A stretch of 64,000 bases of DNA from an uncultured candidate division Zixibacteria bacterium (GTDB lineage Bacteria > Zixibacteria > MSB-5A5 > GN15 > FEB-12): positions 1,344,001-1,408,000 of the forward strand of contig OY760907.1 in assembly GCA_963664195.1 (NCBI GenBank). Direction: 5' to 3'. The translations under genes were made by a program, and so were the position numbers. The notes below the pieces were generated by a model, which saw only the letters and a list, made by a program, of their open reading frames with translations, ran no database searches and was not told the origin of the DNA. Shown here piece by piece: positions 58,950 through 64,000 of this stretch (positions within the stretch are counted from its first letter, which is position 1; every line of letters starts with the position of its first letter).

Positions 58950-59897
58950 CTACCTGGTAGTCGCCACCGGCAATTGTGCCATGGCGAATTTCACTACAGC
59001 ATCACAAAGCGCGTCTTCCTTGGCAGGTCGAACCCCCGTGGTCAGCAGGCCGGGTGCCGTCAGCTCGGCCAACGTGGCGTACTCCGGAGAATCGAGAACT
59101 TCCTGCGGGGCGAGAACCAATGTGGTCTTCGATAGTCCTTGAATCTGATCGCTGTCACGGTACTCGGCGGCATAGCCGGAGCGAAGGTCATACCAGAACC
59201 AAAAGATAGTATGTCTGAGTGGGATCCAGAACGTGTGGTTGCGGTCGAACATGACGTTGAGCCAGCGCTCAGTCGAGAGGTATGGTTCGATTGCAACCAC
59301 GGCATCCATGCGCGACTCCTCGGCTGAAGCAAGGATGCAGGCATCGGCACCAAGGCCGTAGCCAACCGTCACAAACGGATGGGTGAGGCGATCACGAAGC
59401 GCCAGGTATGGGACAATTTCCGCAAGATCGGTGGCCTCGTACTGCCCATCGCCGTGGTACTCGCCCGATGTCAGCCCGGTGGCGCGCTGATCGTAGACGA
59501 CAACGGCGAAACCGGAGTCAACCAGCATACGAGCCAACGGCAGCATGGAAAGGCGGTCATGTCCGTCGTCGTGGGCCAACAAAGCGGTTCCACAAGGAAC
59601 GAATGCATTGTCGGGCGCGGTGGTATCCACGCCTGCGGTCAGGTAGGCACAAGCCAGCGAAGTGACGCCGTCTGCCTCGATATGAAACGTGTCAACTGCG
59701 AACCCGGCCTCCAGGAACGGAGTCGGATCGTTCACTCCCAGCGAGTCTGCATTGTACTCATCAACGTTCTCTCGTGCAGCAAGCGCCTTGGTGCGGTTCA
59801 GGGGGTAGATGACGAAGGTCATCAAGAGCAGGCCGACCACTGCGAGAAATACGACAATCTGGATGACTTCTTTGAGCGTCTGTGACATCTTGGCCAT
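58950..59897 (-). CDS. Membrane-anchored alpha/beta-hydrolase-fold protein lacking the nucleophile Ser
   Basis: GFAVVVYDQRATGLTSG typical of the fold; elbow reads GYGLG. Confidence 0.7.
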   Translation of the reverse strand: MAKMSQTLKEVIQIVVFLAVVGLLLMTFVIYPLNRTKALAARENVDEYNADSLGVNDPTPFLEAGFAVDTFHIEADGVTSLACAYLTAGVDTTAPDNAFVPCGTALLAHDDGHDRLSMLPLARMLVDSGFAVVVYDQRATGLTSGEYHGDGQYEATDLAEIVPYLALRDRLTHPFVTVGYGLGADACILASAEESRMDAVVAIEPYLSTERWLNVMFDRNHTFWIPLRHTIFWFWYDLRSGYAAEYRDSDQIQGLSKTTLVLAPQEVLDSPEYATLAELTAPGLLTTGVRPAKEDALCDAVVKFAMAQLPVATTR

Positions 59898-60618
59898 AGT
59901 GTATGCTAACTCCTTTTTGGCTAGGCAGTTATGATAGCCAAAAGCACTGCGGTGTCAATACAAAAAACGTTGTGTATGTTGTGAAGGTCGACATGCGTGG
60001 GGATAATGTTAGTCCAATCAACGCCTGTTTTCTGATTATCTGTCCGGGATCCAAACGTGCTCCCATCGTGCTCCCGCGTTGTGCGTGGGCGTTTTGACAC
60101 TTCCTGGCGGTACTGGCATGCCCGGCATTGGTAGAGCCTGGCCGGTCCCACGTGCCCTTTCCCCGCTATTGACGGGGACATACGGAGATGCTGTCCTGAG
60201 AGCGAGGTTACGGCCGTATCGTGCTCCCGATGGTGCTCCGGATGCTCCCGCCCGCCGCCCACAACCTGACCGGATGAACCGCCGACGGGGGCCGGTGTGG
60301 ACCAGGGGGAGCCGAATCGGCGGTGTGGCGTAGGAACTGCGTCAGATTTCCCGGACGAGCGAGGTCTGTTTTCTTGTTCCGGGATCGTTATTACTAAGAT
60401 TGCTGCCACTCTTATAATGTGCAGGCGGTAGCCATTTATGGACATGCGTATCCCGGACTGGCAATGCCTTGTTTGTCCACGTTTGGGTTGGCTTGTCGGC
60501 GGGGGATTAAGATGTGATACAATTGCGCAATCTCCGTATTCCCGCTCTGAGAAAGGGATTACAGGGGGGGTGGAAACGGCCGTACGACAGTAGTCGCCAA
60601 TCTTTTTGAATTAATCTG

Positions 60619-60646
60619 TTGACAATTCAAGGGATCAAGGTATATT
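60619..60646 (+). promoter_or_regulatory. Sigma70 promoter, about 330 nt upstream of the surface-protein gene
   Basis: TTGACA-16 nt-TATATT. Confidence 0.55.
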
Positions 60647-60978
60647 GCCCCCGGATGATATTTGTAGGTTTCACTATAAGTTACTTGAGGTCAAGCCTAA
60701 GGCGGACCGTTTTTTACCAACAGCTTTCCGATCTATTATACTCAAACATGTGTACTTCGCTCTTGTGGCGGCTGTGGGGGTCACCCGGGAGTATCAGGCA
60801 GGTTACTTTCTAAGCACTACTGGTAAAGTGTCTTAAACAGTCTGAGAGATGTCAAGAATTGGCGTATGTGCCGATTATAGTCTCTATATATCTGTTGATA
60901 ACACTTTTCTCGTAGTTTGTTAACCCGAGCTAGGGAGCTTAAGTGCAACTATCACGACCTGGTCTTAGGGAGGCATCC

Positions 60979-62214
60979 ATGATGCAAAGCTCGAAAGTAG
61001 CACACCGTTTTGGTGTGGGGCTGTTTTTCTTTTTCATAATAGCGGTTTGCATGGCGCCGAGCGTTTCTGCGATTCCCGCAGTTCAGATTACAGTTGGTGA
61101 TACGGTTGGTGATGCCGGTGAGCAGAACTCGGTTGTCACGGTCTTTATGACGAACGTTTTTGACACGGTCGCTGCTTTTGAGTTGTGGCTGCAACTGGAT
61201 CGTCCGGACATGATGGCATTCGACGTTAACGAAACGACTCTTATAGATACGACATATTGGGAATGCACCGATTGGGACGGCGAAGCCTGTTGGGATTCGA
61301 TCTCCTGTGATCCGGATACTGCCGCTGGCGGCGCGTGTCCGATGGTGCATATCGACACCAACGATGTTGCTGTTGGTGCAATTGACACGGTCGGCTGCCT
61401 GACTTCGGGATGGCAATACGTGCAAACGCGTTCCCTGACCGGCACGGGTCGGGATGTCAAGATTACGGGCATCGCCAATATAGATAACGGCGTGTATAAG
61501 CCGGGGATCGGCCCGCAGCAGGGGGGCGTCTTGTTCCGCCTGGTGGGCGATATTTTCAGCATCTCTGACACCGTGGTTGATCGGTCCGCTCAAGTCCTGA
61601 TCTCTTCTTTCAAGGACCACATCAACTTTTCGCGCCCCGACGGGACTTCGATTGGCATTCTCTCTATGGAAGTTCCGGACTCTAATTTTTACCACTGCAA
61701 TTTCTGGGTCCCGCCCGACAGCGAAGAATGTATGGATTGGCAGCGGGTCTATCCTGGAGAACCCTGGGACTCGGTCGAGGTGGGCGTCGACACTATAGCG
61801 ATTATTGATACCAGTGCGATACATCTGATCAACGGTTCAGTGACGGTCAACCTTTACCCGGGAGCATGCTGTACCGGTGACAGCGTCTGTTCGATTGAAT
61901 CCGGTGTTGACGGTTGCGAATGGTTGCTCGGCGGTACCTACAAGGGTAACGGGAGCATTTGTTCTCCCAATCCGTGTCTTTCGTGCTGTAGCGGTCCTTC
62001 GGTTGGTAATACCGACGGCTCGGCGGACAACCTGGTAACGATGGGTGACCTGACGGTTTTGATTGATCACCTGTTCATCACCCTTACCCCGCTTCTGTGC
62101 GATGTCGAGGGCAATGTAGACTTGAGTCCTGACGGATTGGTAACGATGGGCGATTTGACGGTTCTGATTGATCACCTGTTCATCAGTCTCGATCCGCTCC
62201 CGGCGTGTCCGTGA
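60979..62214 (+). CDS. Secreted Cys-rich protein with cohesin-like N-terminal region and dockerin-like C-terminal duplicate
   Basis: Signal peptide; LVTMGDLTVLIDHLFI twice, each preceded by a GN(T/V)D loop; AGGGAGG RBS. Confidence 0.75.
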   Translation: MMQSSKVAHRFGVGLFFFFIIAVCMAPSVSAIPAVQITVGDTVGDAGEQNSVVTVFMTNVFDTVAAFELWLQLDRPDMMAFDVNETTLIDTTYWECTDWDGEACWDSISCDPDTAAGGACPMVHIDTNDVAVGAIDTVGCLTSGWQYVQTRSLTGTGRDVKITGIANIDNGVYKPGIGPQQGGVLFRLVGDIFSISDTVVDRSAQVLISSFKDHINFSRPDGTSIGILSMEVPDSNFYHCNFWVPPDSEECMDWQRVYPGEPWDSVEVGVDTIAIIDTSAIHLINGSVTVNLYPGACCTGDSVCSIESGVDGCEWLLGGTYKGNGSICSPNPCLSCCSGPSVGNTDGSADNLVTMGDLTVLIDHLFITLTPLLCDVEGNVDLSPDGLVTMGDLTVLIDHLFISLDPLPACP

Positions 62215-62581
62215 TTCGGCTTGGGAATTTAATGACTGGTAAACAAACTACAGATATTGAATTGACTACTCGCATTTTACTTCTTTGACGTGATGAAAAC
62301 ATGCCGGGTCAGAAATGGGCAGACCCGGCATCGGAAATACGACGATAAACAATTGACGGAAAGGAAAGGAGGACGTCTAGAAGAGGATATCTAAGCACGC
62401 GCTCTTGATAATGATTTGCGTCTGACAACTTACTCCGAGTCGCGGTAAAGACGTTGCAGGGTTCTCTGGCTCTCACCCTTATACGTACTCTCCGGGAATG
62501 ACTGAGGGGATTACAAACGGAGTATTGGTGGACGTAAGACAACTTAAAAACGTTGTTAACGAAGTATTTAGGAGAGCAAAA

Positions 62582-64000
62582 ATGAGAAAACTCTCATTGA
62601 TCTTTGCATTCATTCTGGTTCTTGCCTTTGGGCAGGTTGCCTTTGCCCAGTCCACTGTGACGGCTACTCTCGACGCCGGTGGCTGGACGGATGGTACAGA
62701 TGTGTTTCTGACCCCGGGTGCAGTCGCTACTGTCGGTATCACCATGTACAATGATGGTCCGGCTGGAACGATGTACGACGTGGGTAACGGCTATCAGCTG
62801 GGATCGCCCAACGGCGCCGGCTGGGTTTACTTTGCTGCCCGTGCCGAATACGGCACGAATCCGTTCTACGGTGGTGCGTGGACACAGTGGTCCGGTGGTA
62901 CGATCTCCCATTGGAATTGGGACGGAAGTGCCTGGGTGAGAACCCCCTTGGATAACACCTGGCCGTACGGCGCCCTGTCGCATTCGGAAGACGCTGGTCC
63001 GAACGGTGGAGAGCCGGTTGGCATGTACATCGCTGGCGCCACTTCGGTTCCGCCGATGAAGTTCTTGCCGGGTCAGACTATGACCTACGGTGCTGAGTTC
63101 CAGACTCTGCCCGGAGACATTGGCAAGACCCTTTGTTTCGACATGGCTGCCAATATCGGTCCGGACTCTTGGGTTTGGGCTTCAGTCTCTGGTGGTATCA
63201 ACCCCATCTTCAACGGTGGCTTGGGCGCGGTCTGCTGGGAAATCGCCGAGCAGCCGCACGAGGCTCCGAGCTTCGTGAATCCGCCGACCAACGAGTCCTT
63301 CAGCCATTGTGGCACGGCCACCCTGGACTTTGTGGCTAAGTCAAACGATGATGAGAACTCCGCGACTCCGTTCACATGGACTGCCAACTTTGGTACCATC
63401 ACCTCGACCGGCGACACGACCGCCAGCTGGTCCTGGAATATGATGCCGCAGGAAGGCTTCGAGACTCTCGAAATCACCGTGACGGACGGCCTTGCCGCTT
63501 CCGCTACGACTGATGTCAACATCACCGTCACCAACGACGGCCCGGTCATCACGACCTGCCCGGACGTTGCCGGTGGCTTGACCATTCAGTCCGGTGACAC
63601 CAAGACTCAGACTGTTGTCGCCTCTGACGACTGTGACGCTCTGACTTGGGCTGTCGTAAGCGTGACGAACGAAGTTGTTGGTGACGTTTTTGACGTTACT
63701 GACGGCGTTGTTACGTTCACCCCGACCGGTGATGTTGACCGTCTCGTAGACATCACTGTGTCCGTCACCGATGGTCTTGAGACCGTCGAGTGCACGACTC
63801 ATTGGCACGTGATCGTTGGCGCCCCTTACGGCGTCCAGATCGAAAAAGAGCACGACGAGCTTCAGAATCATTTCTCTGACGTTGACGTCACCCTGTTGGG
63901 TGTTGATCCGCTTCAGGGCATTGGTGGTTTTGATCTGCTGATCGCCTACGATCAGACTGCTCTGGCTTTCCAGGCTGCCTTCGAAGGCGCCATTTATGCC
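62582..64000 (+). CDS. Large secreted protein with Ig/cadherin-like and cohesin-like domains (runs off window)
   Basis: Manual translation MRKLSLIFAFILVLAFGQVAFA..; ITVTDG and VSVTDG repeats; GGFDLLIAYD..LAF; AGGAG RBS. Confidence 0.8.
   Translation, partial: MRKLSLIFAFILVLAFGQVAFAQSTVTATLDAGGWTDGTDVFLTPGAVATVGITMYNDGPAGTMYDVGNGYQLGSPNGAGWVYFAARAEYGTNPFYGGAWTQWSGGTISHWNWDGSAWVRTPLDNTWPYGALSHSEDAGPNGGEPVGMYIAGATSVPPMKFLPGQTMTYGAEFQTLPGDIGKTLCFDMAANIGPDSWVWASVSGGINPIFNGGLGAVCWEIAEQPHEAPSFVNPPTNESFSHCGTATLDFVAKSNDDENSATPFTWTANFGTITSTGDTTASWSWNMMPQEGFETLEITVTDGLAASATTDVNITVTNDGPVITTCPDVAGGLTIQSGDTKTQTVVASDDCDALTWAVVSVTNEVVGDVFDVTDGVVTFTPTGDVDRLVDITVSVTDGLETVECTTHWHVIVGAPYGVQIEKEHDELQNHFSDVDVTLLGVDPLQGIGGFDLLIAYDQTALAFQAAFEGAIYA

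Noticed and set aside
59921..60445. 174-aa minus-strand ORF, or SRP/RNase P/tmRNA candidate
   Set aside because: Non-protein-like composition, and the diagnostic RNA signatures were not found
62032..62185. 49-nt direct repeat as a DGR TR/VR pair or insertion scar
   Set aside because: Differences are synonymous; it is the dockerin-like internal duplication

Overview
Bacterial chromosome segment, roughly 55-58% GC by eye. FG-GAP/VCBS proteins with FlgD/T9SS-like tails and proteins ending in a duplicated dockerin-like motif suggest candidate division Zixibacteria or a related FCB lineage (inference). Core content: punA, a PfkB kinase, divIVA, yggS, rubrerythrin, alr, rex (with its own operator), uvrA, hflX, murJ, the rpmH-rnpA-yidD-yidC-mnmE-mnmG-rsmG-parA-parB-M23-bactofilin cluster with two parS palindromes, a DnaA-box cluster (no dnaA in the window), moxR-DUF58 and fprA. 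Accessory content: an orphan PD-(D/E)XK nuclease, a 3-gene RM-like cassette (half-MTase, NPPY MTase, T5orf172/GIY-YIG-SF2 helicase), an EndoIII-like glycosylase, a HigBA-type TA pair, two apparent pseudo-enzymes, cohesin/dockerin-like surface proteins and many GTAG/GTGA-led REP-like palindromes. Best leads: (1) a compact operon of a 59-aa protein (absent from the ORF track) plus two stand-alone V4R/H-NOX-fold-like proteins and a ligand-less paralog, divergent from fprA and flanked by sigma28-like promoters; (2) a HigB toxin whose full-length product needs a -1 shift exactly at G-GGA-AAG-UGA; (3) the RM-like cassette with complementary methyltransferase motifs; (4) a promoter- and terminator-bounded structured RNA candidate (6S-like). 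No tRNA, rRNA or CRISPR array was seen. Family assignments are from motif recognition; no searches were run.
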